NCBI GenBank assembly: GCA_002104905.1
Contig: MCFE01000671.1
Location: 1 to 47,645 of the forward strand
DNA from: Basidiobolus meristosporus CBS 931.73
Taxonomy: Eukaryota > Fungi > Basidiobolomycota
DNA length: 47,645 bases
Direction of reading: 5' to 3'
Position numbers and translations under genes: made by a program. Every line of letters begins with the position of its first letter. Within the stretch, counting starts at the first letter, position 1. Positions 21,939 through 35,907 of the stretch are shown here, in pieces. The notes beneath the pieces are model-generated. The model was not told the DNA's origin. It did no database searches and saw nothing but the letters and a program-made list of their open reading frames with translations.

Positions 21939-22239
21939 ATTATGTGGTTTTCACTTAATGATTTATTGAATGTAAAAGTAGTATTTACACTTTTACCTGG
22001 TCTTGGCATTACCAACATGTAGAATAGGTTAAGGAAGGTCCCAAGAACATGTGTGCAAGGTTTGGGGCTGTTTGGACAACTTTGAGAATCTTCATGTTCT
22101 GGGTACCTGGTATTTTGGTGAAAATATTCTAAGTAAATCCCAACAAGGAATTTGGTCAGTATTCTCTAGGATTTGAAGGTGATGATCTAAGTGACTAAGT
22201 TAGGTGGATATTTAGGTGGAAATACATATTTTTACAACA
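21939..22239 (-). repeat. Copia-B2 5' LTR remainder
   Basis: Matches 16256-16556; ends tttacaaca before TSD TTGTA. Confidence 0.9.
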
Positions 22240-22420
22240 TTGTATGCCAAGTCCATGTAAAAATAAAAATGCTACTTTTACATTCAATAAATCATTGTGT
22301 GATAACCACATGATCTACTTATTCACCCAAGCATTTCCAATATCTACATTATTCTTACATAAAGTTATGAGCCTCAAGCTGTTTCTCTGCAATGGCTACC
22401 ACTGCTACTGCTGGAAATTT

Positions 22421-23105
22421 TCTTTAGGACAGTAAAATAAGCAAAGTGATTCTCTATAGCTTTATGTATCAAACAAGTTCTATATCTATATGCCTATTTC
22501 TAGCATGAAGAGTTGGATTTCTACCTATTATCAGCTTCCTGTATTATATTGAAGCAAAGTGATTTGCATCTTTTGACATAAGCATAAGTCTTTTAAGGCT
22601 TTCCTATACCTTCCTGATAATCATGAAATAAGGTTGCAGGCCTCTCTAGACAAAGGCCTCAATCTGTAAAAGCTTTCTAAGCCACATTGCTTCCTTTGTT
22701 GCTTCACTGGCTGCCAAATACTGTGCCTCTGCAGCAGATAGTGCTCCAGGTGGTAGGTTTCTAGAATTTGATGAAATTGCCCCTTAACAGTAAAGAAAGG
22801 TGAATCCTGCAGTGGATCTACTGTCCTTTGAATTTTGCCCCCTTTCCGCATCAAAGTGTTCCACAAGGTCTTGTTTTGAATACTTCTAAATATACCTTAC
22901 ACAGATGTCAGCACTTCTTTGTAGGTTTCTAAAAACGCACATAACTGCTGCCATATGATCATATCCATTATTCTGAATATGCTGGCTGATAACTCCAACC
23001 TAATATGAGATATCTAAGTGTAAGCTCAAACAGAGTTCTTTTTCAATGACCTTGCCTGCAGACAGTAAGGTTATTGCTATCTCTGGTGCATCAATTACTT
23101 CTTTG
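22421..23105 (-). pseudogene. pol: Highly degraded Copia-B-like pol fragments (RNase H/RT end; 23016-23105 post-protease region)
   Basis: Aligns with 17480-17990; 23016-23105 reads KEVIDAPEIAITLLSAGK on the minus strand. Confidence 0.7.
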
Positions 23106-26100
23106 TGCTGTAAAATTTGCAATTCCACTTGAAAATTAACCTAACTTGGTCACTTAGATCATTACTTACAGATCTTAGAGAATACTGACCAAAATTCTTG
23201 TTGGAACTCACTTGGGGTATTTTCACCAATGTATCAGGTACCCATAGCATAAATATTCTCCGAGTTCTCCAAACAGCCCCACACTTTACACATGCTCCTG
23301 GGACCTACTTAAACCTATTTTACATGATTCATATACCAGAACCATGTAAAAGTATACATACTATATTTACAACCAATAGACCTATCACATTGTACCTTGC
23401 CAGGGTGCACAGCTCAATCTGCAGTCTCTAAGAGCTATTGGGTGCAATATTGTAGCTTCTGGTAGGCAGGATTGCTTTTGGACAAGTTTGCACCATGTAG
23501 GACCATCTTGCACACTATGGCACAATCTGACGCAATGAGGTTGGCATGGATGATTGCGGCAACTTCTAATGTTTGCATCATGTGTGCAATTGGATTCCAC
23601 CATTATGGCAGGTAAAACTAGATATTTGGATATGTTTCTTTAATGTAAGTGGAAATAAACACCAATCACACTTTAAGCTACACTGATACTTACCATTTTA
23701 ACTTGTGTCTAAATGAGCAGTTTTGCAAGTTCTGGTGGTTTTGCTCTGAAGCACAAATGTAGACCCGCCACACATTGACGCAATGTGGGGTGCTCTTGTG
23801 AAGGGTGCTGGCATAGTTTGGACTGATGTGTGCCAGCATGCTGAAGTTGCAATGGATGGTAATCAATCCAGCAAGGCATGCTGGCACAATCTAGATACTG
23901 TGGCGTGCAGACTGCATTATTCCACTAGAAGCTCACCTTGTGTTTCCTCAAGTTACTCATTTACCCTCTGTCCAATACTTTGGAACTGTTGCCTGGATGA
24001 GTCCGGTGCTTATTGCTCTTAGAAGCCACCTAGCTCTATAAATAGATCATGTCGAACATTGGTCAATGTAGGTAAAAAACTCATTCAAAATCTGTTTGGT
24101 TCCCCAAGTTGAGGCAAAATGGACGCATCTTGCCCATAATGAGCAAATTGCATGCAATATTGCTCCTATGGGGCTTCCTCATCAAATCCCAATGCTCTCA
24201 GCTCATTCTGGATTTCAATACTTGTTTTGTTAAATATCTTCTTACATACATCTGCTGGCATCTTGATGTAGAGCTCATGCCACAGCTTTCTACTCAGGTT
24301 CTTCAGTCTCTGTCAACTTGTGGAGGTATCTAGTTTTGCTAGATTAATAAGTAGTGCCCAAAAATCTATATCAAGACTCATCATTGACACTTGGGCCATA
24401 CTAAAATCATAAAGCAAGGACTCATATGGATCCAATGTTGACTTCTCTGGTCCAGACCCAGCTTCTGAGCTGGGGGATGAGTTTTGTCTGGGATGTACTG
24501 AAGATGAGCTGAAACTTAGTATAAAGACCATAGTGACATATTTGGATACTTATACAGTAGTGTATTGGCATCAACCTGGTCTTATATGAAATATAAGTAA
24601 TAACTGATGTGATTGCTGAATATTCCTTATATTATGCATGATGCATCTTGGATTGCATTGACACAGGTCAGATTGCATCAATGGCAGATTTCCTATCTGA
24701 TTATAGACTTGTGAGTAAAGCATCAATAAAGATACCAAGTTGTTGTTTGAGGTTGATTTTTGCAAGATAATGATGGGATACATGGCAATTGATGGGGATT
24801 TGATCATAATATATGGAAAATCAGATAAATAAGGCTGATTACACCAAATTGATTCAAATCACCTCAGCCCAATCTCCTACCAATCTTGCTATGACTTAAT
24901 AATCAGAATGGTCTTTTCTCATCAATCCCATCACTATTTCTGGATTTCCTTGTGACTCACTAGAGGAGATCTATACCAAGTACTGTGGACTGCCTACCTC
25001 AAGCAACTCAAGGAGATCCCTGGTTAAGCTTCTTTGCTATTACAAGAACTATTGCAACACAAGGTTTCATCCTATCATCCATGGCAACAAAAGTCCTAGA
25101 AGCTCTCATTCCCAGCTGACAGTAATGGAGAACCACATTGCAGAGGGTATGAATGACTTAGAGTAAGCTTGGAATACTAGGCTCAGAAGCTCAAATAGAC
25201 TTCCATATCTTAGAGTGTTCAGCAACAGGCTCCATATAAGGTGTATTTTGGATACCTTCCCAATCAGTATTAACAGACCTTCTAGAGGGCAGAGGTACTT
25301 TTATTCTGACAACTACAAGGCACACTGTGTGAAGTTTCAAGCACTGTCTGACATTGAGGGTAACATCTTCTGGTTTAGTGGGCCATTTGCTGGAAGTAGG
25401 CATGAAAAAGCACTTTGGGTAGAGATTAATCCAGAATTCAGTAGAGGGAGAAATGTATGGCAGACCTAGCTTACATAGGAGTGGATTGCCAGATACTAGA
25501 ATGTACTGCAGCTTGTAGGTAACCAAGGGATGGTGTGCTTGGCAGGAAGCAGAGGCTCTACAGTGAGATAATGAATCATTTCAGAGTTAGGGTAGAGCAT
25601 ACGTTTGGATAATTGAAGAGATTTAGCAAGTTGCTAGGTAAATATAGATGAAAGTCATATATAGGAGAAAGCAGCACAGCAGGTAAAGTAGTTAAGATAC
25701 TTATCAATGCACAGTATATCTGTACAAGAAGGCATCTGCAGAGAGAAATGTGTCTGGAGCATTATTGTAGAAAATGTAGTGCCAGATAGATCCAGCACTA
25801 TAAATAGGCTGGCACTATGTGACACTATCCAACAGAGCAAGTCTATTAAATCAATGAGGGAAAACCACATGGTCCACTTGTTATCCCATTCACTTTTAAT
25901 TTCTCAAAGACTCTTGCAACAGGTTATGAGCCCCAAGCTGTCATTCTCAGCAATGGCTACTACTGTTATTACTGGAACTTTTCCCTCCACTGAAAAGCTG
26001 GATGGATTGAGTTTCCTAGTGTGGAAAGTAAAGATGAAGATGATGCTGCAAGTAAGAGGCCTTACAGATGTTCTCATAGGAGAATAATCTCCTCCTAAGA

Positions 26101-26381
26101 ATGTTGGGGACGAATCTTCAAAATACCACAAGAAAAAACAAAGTACTTCTACCTGCAGTTTCCTTAATGTCAAGGCAAATTGCTAATTCAATGCTCAAGA
26201 GGAATACCAGCAAAAAATGCCTGGAAGGCACTGGAAGACACATACTAGTCATGTTTGGCTGCCAAGATGGTGAATTCTAGGCAGAAATTCTTTACCACAA
26301 AGATGTTACCAGGAGAAGAAGTGAAAAGTCTAATCAACAGAATTTCCCTGCTGGTGGATGAGATGGAATCTGTGGGTGCTA
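23106..26381 (+). mobile_element. Copia-B4 5' LTR (23106-25921, split by transposon copy 3), PBS 25922-25934 and gag N-terminus
   Basis: tgctgtaaaa start; ctcttgcaaca end; GGTTATGAGCCCC; gag WKVKMKMML. Confidence 0.8.
23378..25844. mobile_element. PHIS/Pangu-like DNA transposon copy 3 (older, internally deleted)
   Basis: Degenerate TIRs agacctatcacattg and cagagcaagtct; TSD AAT (23375-23377) / ATT (25845-25847); transposase remnant ~24891-25770 (+); ORF2 remnant ~23700-24531 (-). Confidence 0.85.
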
Positions 26382-26865
26382 TGAGTAGACTCAAGGTAGG
26401 GGAATAGTGCTAGGCAAGGCAAGACCAAGAAAGAACCTAGGTATGGATCAACAAGGCAAGGCAGATTTCTACGGCAAGGCAGTTGATTCAAGACCTGTAT
26501 TTATCAGACTGAGGAGTACATAAGAGGGAGATAAGACTCTATTACTTATGGGGTTCTGGGGTGAGGCACAGTAAGTGTGTCAAGATAGAAATATATTAAG
26601 GACAGACTAGAACATCACATTGGGATATGCAAAGAGTCAGCTGATCAGGTAACTATGTCATGTAATATGTATTTATTAAATATGGTATTGATTGACATAT
26701 ATTACAAAGTGAAGCTTCTGTAGAATGATCCATTAAGTAACATTGACTTATAGCCTTCCAGAAGTTGCTAGAATATAGTAGAACATTCTATAAGGAATTG
26801 GGACTTCTTCACCAGCTTGATTCAGACAAATCATGAATGGTTAAGAATGTCACGTAATTGTGACA
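26382..26865 (-). repeat. Gypsy-2 3' LTR (outer end uncertain)
   Basis: Begins TGTCACAATT right after the PPT on the minus strand; no sister LTR in the window. Confidence 0.6.
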
Positions 26866-26892
26866 CTATTCTCCTCTTTGGAGGGGCCTTCC

Positions 26893-27070
26893 TCAAGCTT
26901 TTGGCTTTGGCTTGTTGGGGTATGGGAGGTGAGATAGTGCAACTAGAACTTGGAAGTTTGTCATGTTTGTTGCAGGTTCCCAAGTTTGGTCATTTGGGCA
27001 ATAACCAACCTAGTCTACCAGGTGGTGAAGTTATGATCTGATGTACTTCAACTGCTTGTACCCCTCATGG
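26893..27070 (-). pseudogene. Integrase C-terminal chromodomain
   Basis: Reads LHHLVD*VGYCPNDQTWEPATNM...PYPNKP, matching the chromovirus YLVxWxGYxPxxxTWEP motif. Confidence 0.85.
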
Positions 27071-30000
27071 GCTAAGGATAGTTAATTCTGAGTGCTTCTT
27101 TGATTTCTAAAATTGCTGATGCATGTTTAACTGCTGGGGGCTCACAGGGTTGTTGGAATCTAAATATTAAATTACAGATGAAAACCATCAGTTGCATAGA
27201 ATGAGATGAGACCAGTTGCACTATGACATATATTGCTGTAGGCAAATTCCGCAAGTGTTAGCAGCTTGGTCCAGTTGTCTTGCCAATAGGTGATAGAGCA
27301 CTGGAAGCATTATTCAAGGATCTGGCTAATTATTTCAGTCTGACCATATGACTGAGGATGAGGTGTTTCCAGAATTTGATATGAACTGGGGTCCTCTATC
27401 AGATACAATATAACTTGGGATACCATGGAGCAGGAGAATACTCTTGATTACTAAGTGGCAGCTTCCTTGGTATCAATATTCTTGCAGGGAATGAAGTGAG
27501 CCATCTTTGTGTGTCTATCTGCCACTACCAGAACTGAATTAATTTGGTTGAATTCTGGGTGGTGGGTTATGAAGTCCATTGAAATTGACTATCATTAACG
27601 GTCAGGGATTGGCAAGGGATAAAGAAGTCCATATGGCTGGTGTCTGGCAGATTTTCCACAATTACATGTATCTCACAACTGGAGGTACTCCTTAAAAGGG
27701 ATATCATCTTGGGCCACCAGAAGTCTCTTGTGATTGCATTCATGGTTTTGGCAGTACCTAAATTTCATACAGCCATAGAATCATGGCAAGAACTTATAAT
27801 ATCCAGCTGGGCCTCAGGGTCTGGGACAAATAGTTGGTGCTTGCAATAGATGATGTCATTGACTAGATGTAGGTGTTGGAGGTTTGGGAGCCTGGGTGGT
27901 GGGTCAGTGGGAGACTTGAGATATTTTTTGATTGTAGCAGCTGTGGAATTGGTGACTTTGCTGGTCTTTACTTTCTCAGGGGTTAAAGGAGTTATACTAC
28001 TAGAGGACTGGGTTGCCAGGAATTCAAAGTGTCTTTTGTTGAGTACAGGGTATTTCATTTGCTGATAGTCATCATCCCCTTTGTCTATGGAATACTCCAC
28101 CATTCTGGACAAGGCATCAGGTTTTCCTGGTCTCACTGGTCTATAGGTAATGGCAAAGTGAAAGCTAGACAGGAACAGGAACCATCTAGCTTGACTCTGC
28201 TTTAGTACTTTTGAGGTGGTCAAGCACTCAAGGTTCTTGTGGTTACAGAAGATCTTTATCTTTTGGGCTACACCGTCAAGGTGGTGGTTCCATTGTTCAT
28301 AGGCAACAATGATTTCAAGTAGTTCCTTGTCATAGATATTATTGTTTACTTCAGCCCAAGTAAATTTCCAAGAGTAAAATACAATAGGGTGTAGCACATT
28401 CTTGTCATCATACTGGGAAATGATGGCACCAAGGGCAAAGTCAGACGCTTTGGTATCTATGATGATAGGTTTCTCAAGGTTAGGGTGGCAAGCAGGGGGG
28501 CACACAAGGAGGATATCTTGACAGAATCAACTGACACAAACTGTTGCTCATTCCAGGCAAAGGGCAGATTCTTATGAGTGAGCTTTGTCAAGGGGGTGGC
28601 AATCTCTGAGTGATTGGCAATAAATCTATGGTAGAACTTGGCAAATCCAAGAAAGGAGTGCACTTATATTACAGAACAGGGAGTCTTCCAGGACTGGATG
28701 GCTTCTACTTACTTGGGGTCCATTCTTGTTCCATTTGAGCTTATAAGATAACCCAGGGGCACAACATCTTTCTGTCCAAACTCACTTTTTTCCAGTTTAG
28801 CAAAGAGGCATGCACTTTCAAGCTTGGTCAAGACTCCCTGTACATGGAAATTATGTTTTTTTTGAGTCTTTGGGTAGGTTAGTAGTTCATCAAGGTAGAT
28901 AACCACAGATTGGTCAAGGCACTCAGCATATATGTCATTTATCTGGGCCTGAAAGACAGCCATTAGGATTAAAATATTAGTTAGTGTAGGTGGAGTGTTG
29001 AATATTGGACTATTTGATATCATTCAGCAGCTAAAAATATAGCTAACAATTCTGAACTACTCTAGGTCACTGTAGCACTGACTTACGGCACTAACTTTGC
29101 CACTTTCTTCAGATCTATGCTCCTGTGATTAGTCCCCATGAGTTGAGATCAAATTAACACTTTTACCAAACATTATGTACTGACCCTGAAGCTATCACAG
29201 AATTCTACTGAATGTTGAGAAATCCACCTTACTTGATGTTAGAGCTATATTTCTCCCACAAAGGTCTAAGTAATGAGCTTTTGTATGAATAAACAGCTAT
29301 TCAATTGGTATCACTATTTCTTGATGAGGAAGAAGCCAGCTGATGACATGCTACAACTTATTACCGGAATGGAGACACTTGCAGAAGAACTTTACATCAT
29401 TAATGCTGTTGTAGATGATAAAGCAAAAATATTCTGTCTGCTTAGCAGCCTACCAGACAAGTATGAGTCATCAGTTCTTTTGAAAGCAGAAGACAACTTG
29501 ACTTTAGACTATGTCAGAGGAAGACTTCTCCATGAAGAGTTCAGACATAATGGTCAAACAGAGAGATTGAAGACAATGCTTTATTAAGCTCAGAAAGGCA
29601 CGCAGAAATGAAGAGTAAGTAACAAAACCAAAGAAAAGCCTGGCTGTTGTAACTACTGTAAGAAGCCAGGCCACAGGGTAAGAGAATGCAAGAAGAAAAA
29701 GCAGGCAAAAAGCAGAAACTGGTGCAAGTAGCCAAAGTGATGAATGGTATATGGACTCTGGAGCATCACTGCATATTTGTGATATTAGGGAACAGGTCAG
29801 CAAATTAAAGACTATTCCTCTAAGAAAGGTTTATCTGGGAGACAACTCTGTACTGAAAGCTACCACCAGTGGATCTATACAACTGAATATGAGCTGTATC
29901 ACAAGGGCTACAACATCTAAACTAAATAACATCATCTGTGAACATGAAATAGCTAGGAACCTACTCTTGGTCAGTAAAGCAACTGCCCAGGGACTGGAAT

Positions 30001-31310
30001 TTGCTTTTACTAAGCTGAGCTGCTCAATATTGAGTGAAAATGGACAAAAATTAGCTTTGGCTATTAGAGATCACAATATATACAAGTTACAATGCAAGAC
30101 CTTTGTACCTGAGTATGTTGACATTCCCAAAACCAATGAAACCAACTGGGAGACATGCCATTGGAGACATAGGACACCTTGAAGAACAGAAAATGAGCTA
30201 ATTGGTGAAAAATTAGCATGCTATGGGCCTAAATTACTCACTATCCAGTCAAATTGAGTGTCTGTAAGGAAAGCCCATATGGCAAACAAGCTAGGCAATA
30301 TTTCAGAAGCTCAGGAGGCATCAACACCACCAAGATATTGGCAACTGTATACTCAGACATATGTGGCCTCATGATAACATTATCCTTTAGAGCCAAGAGA
30401 TACTTTATGACATTTATAGATGATAAGACAGGATGTAAGTGGGTGTTCTTCCTCATGACAAAGATGAGGCTTTAGAGATGTTTAAGCTCTTTAAGAGCAT
30501 GGCAGAGACACAAACTAGGTGTGAATTGAAGGTACTACAAAGTGACAATGGAGGGGAATACTGCTCAAAGGAGTTTGCAAAATACTGCTCATCAACTGGT
30601 ACACTTCAGCAGACCACTGTTCCACATACTCTACATCAAAATAGAGTAGCTAATAGAGCATTAGTAGAGATGTGAAGATCAATGATACATGATACAGGAA
30701 TGGACTACATGTTTTGTGCTGAATCTGTTGCTATCACTGAATACATCAAGAGTATATGTCCAACAACATCACTTGTAATGCTACACCTTTTGAAGCATAT
30801 ACAGGCAGAAAACCAGGCCTCTAGCTCCTCAGGATCTTTGGCAGTGATGCTGCTATCACATCCCTGACAAAAAATGCTCAAAGATACAACTGGAGAGTAG
30901 AAAAGGGATCTTTCTTGGATACTGTAATAATACTAAAGACTACAAAGGGTATGATGGCAAAATTCAGAAGCTGATCAAGAGCAGGGATGTTGTATATGAT
31001 GAGTATTTTGATCAGAAAGCCACTCAAATCATTGGTCAGCTGCCTGGTGATGCAATCAACACTAAGAGGAAGATACCTACTTAATTCAGCCAGATACAGA
31101 AAATAACTCTACCACTTCCAGATCAGAGCAGATTGTCCCGGTTAGGAGATCTATCAGTATAAGAAATACCCCTAGATCCTGGTGGCAGATATGCAATCAT
31201 CATGAAGAAGCTTATCTGGCCATTTATGCCAAACCTCAGAATCTGGAACAGGCAATGCAAAGTACAGATGCTATTATGTGGCAACCAGCCATGCAGGAGG
31301 AGTACCAATC

Positions 31311-31676
31311 TGTTACAAGTGTTAGTATAATAGTTGCAGAGGAATAGGAAGTTTAGCTAATATTATATTAACTCAAACTTGAACTGATTTTTATTAAGGT
31401 TCCAGCAGCTCCTGATATACTTTTTACCAATCAATTGCTGACTAATTGTATCTCCTAATGTAGGCTGTGGCTGATGAATCATTTGATTGCATCATCATCA
31501 CTCAATAAGATCCTCCTTAATATATCTGTTTCTGTCTGATAAGGATCTGCCAGTTCATTTCCTGGCTAATGCTATTGATTTGATAGATTACCATGATATA
31601 CTGATAGGCTAAACATATAACTGATTTTTGTGACTAAGAACTGATCAAACTTAATCATTCAAGCAGTATCATAACA
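31311..31676 (-). repeat. Gypsy-3a 3' LTR
   Basis: TGTTA...TAACA termini; purine tract adjacent on the minus strand. Confidence 0.88.
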
Positions 31677-34232
31677 TTTTCCCATACTACATTTGAGAGG
31701 ATACTCCTGAATCTCTTTTCTTGTGATACCAATATGATGATGGTTCAGTATTGTTGGCAAGTCTTGCAAGCTTGAGTCTGTCTCTATGAACTAAATCTTT
31801 TGGTATATTGCCTTGTTGTCCACTAGTTGGTAAGTTGCAAATGGACATTCTCTGATGATCTTAAATGGTCCCATGCATGGTGGCTCAAGCTTTTTCCAAG
31901 TGTTGTTTTGCAGCAATACAAAGTTCCCAGCTGCCAATGCTTCTAGTGATATAGTCTTATCAAATCTCTGCTTTGTATTTTCTGCACTTTGAGATACTCT
32001 GGCCTGTGCCTTTTGAGGCCTTTGTTCCAGCTGCTGGTGTCTACTTGGCTGACTTAACTCATCTTCTAAGATGTCTGCAAGCTTTGGTTATGTGAGATCT
32101 CCTGGAATTGTTAGTTCACATCCATATACCAAGTAAAATGACAATTGTTGCATGTGTTATGTACACTAATACTGCATGCAAAAAGTGCTTGGTCTACATA
32201 CTCATCCCATTGACTGACAACTCCATTTGCATACTTGATCAGCATTTTTTCATATAATCTATTAAACCAGTTGAATACTTTATTGATTGGCTGAAAGAAA
32301 GAACTTGTAAGGAAGTGATATATCAAAGACCACAGACTATTGCAGAAGCCATCAGGATTGCCACTGACTATGACTCAGCTATGTTTGGAGTTGGGAAGCC
32401 CACAATGACAAATCAGAGAGGCTACAATCACTATGCAAGAAGACAATCAGAAGCAGTGCCAATGGAAATAGATGCTATGCAGAAGAATCCCACCTCAGAA
32501 GAATGTAAGAAAAAGGACTTTGTTTCAATTGCCACCAGCAGGGACATATTGCAAAGTTCTACCCTCAGAGAGGAAATGACACCAGCCGTCAAGAACCTTT
32601 AACCATATTAAAGCCCTGAGCATAGTAACATGGAGGGTGAACTTGAAGAAGACTCAGAACTCACCTTCCATATGACAGAACAATACCTTTCCCAGATGAC
32701 CTCAAACTCAGAAAAGCTAGTATACTTGAATGAAGTAATCAATGGAGTACCTGCCATGATCATGATTGAAACAGGAGCATCATATGAGTACATGTCAGAG
32801 CAATTTGCTTTGAAAGCCAGAATCAACTTGGAACCCACCAAATCAACTTCAGTCTCAACAGCTGATGTGAACTTTCACATAATCAACCGTATTACTCCGC
32901 CAGTAAGGATGAAGATCAATGACTATGAAAAAGATCTACAGGCCTATATATTTGGGAACTGCAAGGTTGACCTTGCACTTGGGACAACCTGGCTATTTTG
33001 TTGTAATCCATCAATCAACTGGAGAACACATGCTACTCAGATCCTGAAGGACAACAAGACTTATGAGCTATTACCTGCCAAACTGGATTTTAACTTGGTC
33101 AATTCCAGTGTTTGTGAAACAAATGAACTTAGCAAGACACAGCTCTGTAGAGCACTAAGAAAAGGTAGCCAGATGTTCCTCATGGCAGTATTACAGAAGG
33201 ATTCTTCTACTCCAGTACCCTAGATGGTCCATAGTCTTTTGAAGGAATATTCAGACATATTTCCAGATGAGCTTGTAAGCCTACCACCAGTCAGAGATGT
33301 GGATCATGCCATTGAAATTGGGGACAACCCTAAAGTGAGTAAGACAACTTAAAGAATGAGTCAATTGGAGTTGGAAGAGATGAAGAGACAAAAAGATCAG
33401 TTACTGGAGCAAGGATATGTCAGACCTAGCAAGTCACCTTGGGGAGCACCAGAGCTTTCTGTGAAGAAGAAGGATGGAACACTTAGGATGTGCATTGACT
33501 ACAGCGCCCTCAACTTGGTTACCGTGAAAAATAAGTGCCCCATACCTTGGATTGATGAGCTTTTGGACCAACTCAATGGAGCCACTATTTTCAGCAAGAT
33601 TGACCTCATGTCAGGATACAGCCAGATTAGGGTAAAGCCAGAAAACATCCCTAAAGCAGCATCCAGGACCAGATATGGCCATTACAAGTACTTAGTCACA
33701 AGTTTTGACCTCACCAATGCCCCTGTAACATTCATGACCCTGATGCAGACTGTCTTCCAGGAGTACTTAGACAAGTTTGTGATAATCTACCCAATTGATA
33801 TATTGATATATAGCAAGACAGAAGAGGATAACTTGGTGCACATTGAAAAGGTCTTGAAGAAGCTAAGAGAGAACAAGCTTTATGGCAAGCTACCCAAGTG
33901 TGAATTACTCAAGGAACACATTGAATACCTGGGGCACATAGTGACTAGCACAGGAGTAACCTTAGACCCCAAGAAGGTTGATGTAATCAAGAATCTGAAG
34001 CAGCCCCATGGCATATTATAACTCAGATCATTTCTTGGAATGGTTTCCTATTATTGGAGATTTGTCAAGTCCTTTGCAAGTATTGCAGCCCCTTTAACTG
34101 ATATCCTCAAGAAAGACAATACCTACAAGTGGGACATAGCTTGTGAGACTGCCTTCCAGATGCTCAAGAATAAACTTGCTAAACTGCCAAGCTTGAGAAT
34201 ACATGACTTCAGAAAAGAGTTTACTCTATGCA

Positions 34233-34581
34233 TGTTGCAATAACTAGGAGTCCACCTAATTATTGATATATTATGAACTAGCACTTAGTCAAATGATATA
34301 TTTCAGATTATCAACATGGAAATTAGTTTGTAAGATATTTACTAATTATTAGGAATTACAGAAGTACAGAATTTTAGGAAAATCTGAAACTTGTCCAAAT
34401 GAGCTGAAACTTGGCACATGTACTCCTGAGACTCCCCTAATAATGACCAATTAGTCACATTTACGTAGTTCTGTAATAAGTATAAATACTGTGTTGCACC
34501 TCAATAAAACATCAAGTGAATATCAAGGAAATCTTCTAATTCTCCAATTCACTTCCAATATATCTCTCTAATATTTCAACT
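34233..34581 (+). repeat. Solo LTR (~349 bp) of a further, probably copia-type family
   Basis: TGTTG...TTCAAC(T) termini; degenerate 5-bp TSD atgca/gtgta; TATA gtataaata and aataaa; interrupts the RNase H motif FTLCTDAS. Confidence 0.75.
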
Positions 34582-35907
34582 GTGTACAGATGCTTCCAAT
34601 TATGCAATTGATGGAGTGTTGAACCAAGAACATGAGGGAAAGGACTACCCTGTGGCCTTTGAGTCCAAGAACTGAACTCAGCAGAACAAGACTATCCAGT
34701 GTATGAGAAGGAGATGCTTGCTAAAATACACTGATCGAAGACATGGAGATGCTATATTGAAGGAGTCAAATGCACTGTGAAAACTGATTATGGCTCCCTC
34801 AAGTATATATTTACTCAGAAGGTACTCTCTAGAAGAATGACCAGATGGAGTTAATACATCCATAACCTTGTGAAAGCCAGAGCATGGTGACCCAGAATGA
34901 AACATGACATTGAGAAGCTGGTGAAAGCATGCCCAAATTGCCAAATCAACCAAGGCCAACCACAGAGAATTACTGAACTCTTTCCCTTGGAGTCTGTAAG
35001 ATTATTTGGAAGATGGGGAATTGACTTTATTGGAAGACTGCCAACTACCAGGAAATGCAACTGTTGGATGCTAGTAGCAATTGACCATGCCACTAAATGG
35101 TCAGTTGCTAAAGCTGTACCTATAGCCAGTGAACAAGAAGTTGCAAGTTTGATGTACCATGAGATCCTTATGAAGTTTGGATGCCCTGCAGAGATTCTAT
35201 CCAATAGAGATGCAAACTTTATGGCAAAGACATTGAAAGCTTACCTGAAAATGCAGCATATCAAACACCTGAAAACCTTGGCATATCACTCCAGAACTAA
35301 TGGAGTCACTGAATGGTTTAATGGATTATTTGGAAAAATGATGACCAAGTATGCAAATGGAGCTGTCAGTAGATGGAATGAGTATATAGACCAAGCACTC
35401 TTTGCATGCAGAGTCAGAGTACACAACACCACCCAGCAATCACCATTTTACTTAGTGTATGGATGTGAACCAAGGATTCCAGGAGATCTCACACAACCAA
35501 AGCTTACAGACACCTTAGAAGATGAACTCAGTCAGCCAAGTAGACACCAGCAACTGGAACAAAGACGTCAAGAGGCACAAACCGAAGTATCTCAAAGTGC
35601 AGAAAAGATGAAGCAGATATTTGATAAGACTATAGTACCAGAAGCATTGACAGCTGGGAACTTTGTATTGCTAAGAAATTACACTTGGAAGAAGTTTGAG
35701 CTACAATGGACAGGACCATTCAAGATTATCAGAGAATATGCATTTGCAACTTACCAACTAGTGGACAAACCAGGAAATATTGGGAAGACTTGGTGCATAG
35801 CAACAGACTCAAGCTTGCAAGACTTACCAATAATACTGAACCATCAAGATATTGGTATCACAAGAAAAGAGATTCAGGAGAACCCTCCCAACTTTAGTAG
35901 GGGAGAA

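Larger units (their letters stand above)
16208..22239 (-). mobile_element. Copia-B2 (internally deleted; carries a second B copy and transposon copy 2)
   Basis: TSD TTGTA at 16203-16207 and 22240-22244; 3' LTR 16208-16556; 5' LTR remainder 21939-22239. Confidence 0.85.
16031..22420 (+). mobile_element. Old Copia-B3 5' LTR (16031-16207 + 22240-22362), PBS and gag start, split by Copia-B2
   Basis: Plus-orientation LTR-B sequence continues across TSD TTGTA; gttatgagcctcaagctg PBS at ~22363. Confidence 0.75.
26382..28995 (-). mobile_element. Chromovirus-type Ty3/gypsy Gypsy-2, 3' half (RT end, RH, IN, chromodomain, 3' LTR)
   Basis: IDTKASDFALGA, YDKELLEII, PDALSR RNase H; integrase; PPT aaagaggagaatag; inserted in Copia-B4 gag; left boundary approximate. 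Confidence 0.85.

Noticed and set aside
22590-22670. Short local duplication inside the degraded Copia-B RNase H
   Set aside because: Ordinary decay in a very old copy; no functional implication
26848-26865. Hairpin TGTCAC-gtaatt-GTGACA at the Gypsy-2 LTR start as a special structure
   Set aside because: Only a 6-bp stem in a single copy, and no sister LTR to test conservation
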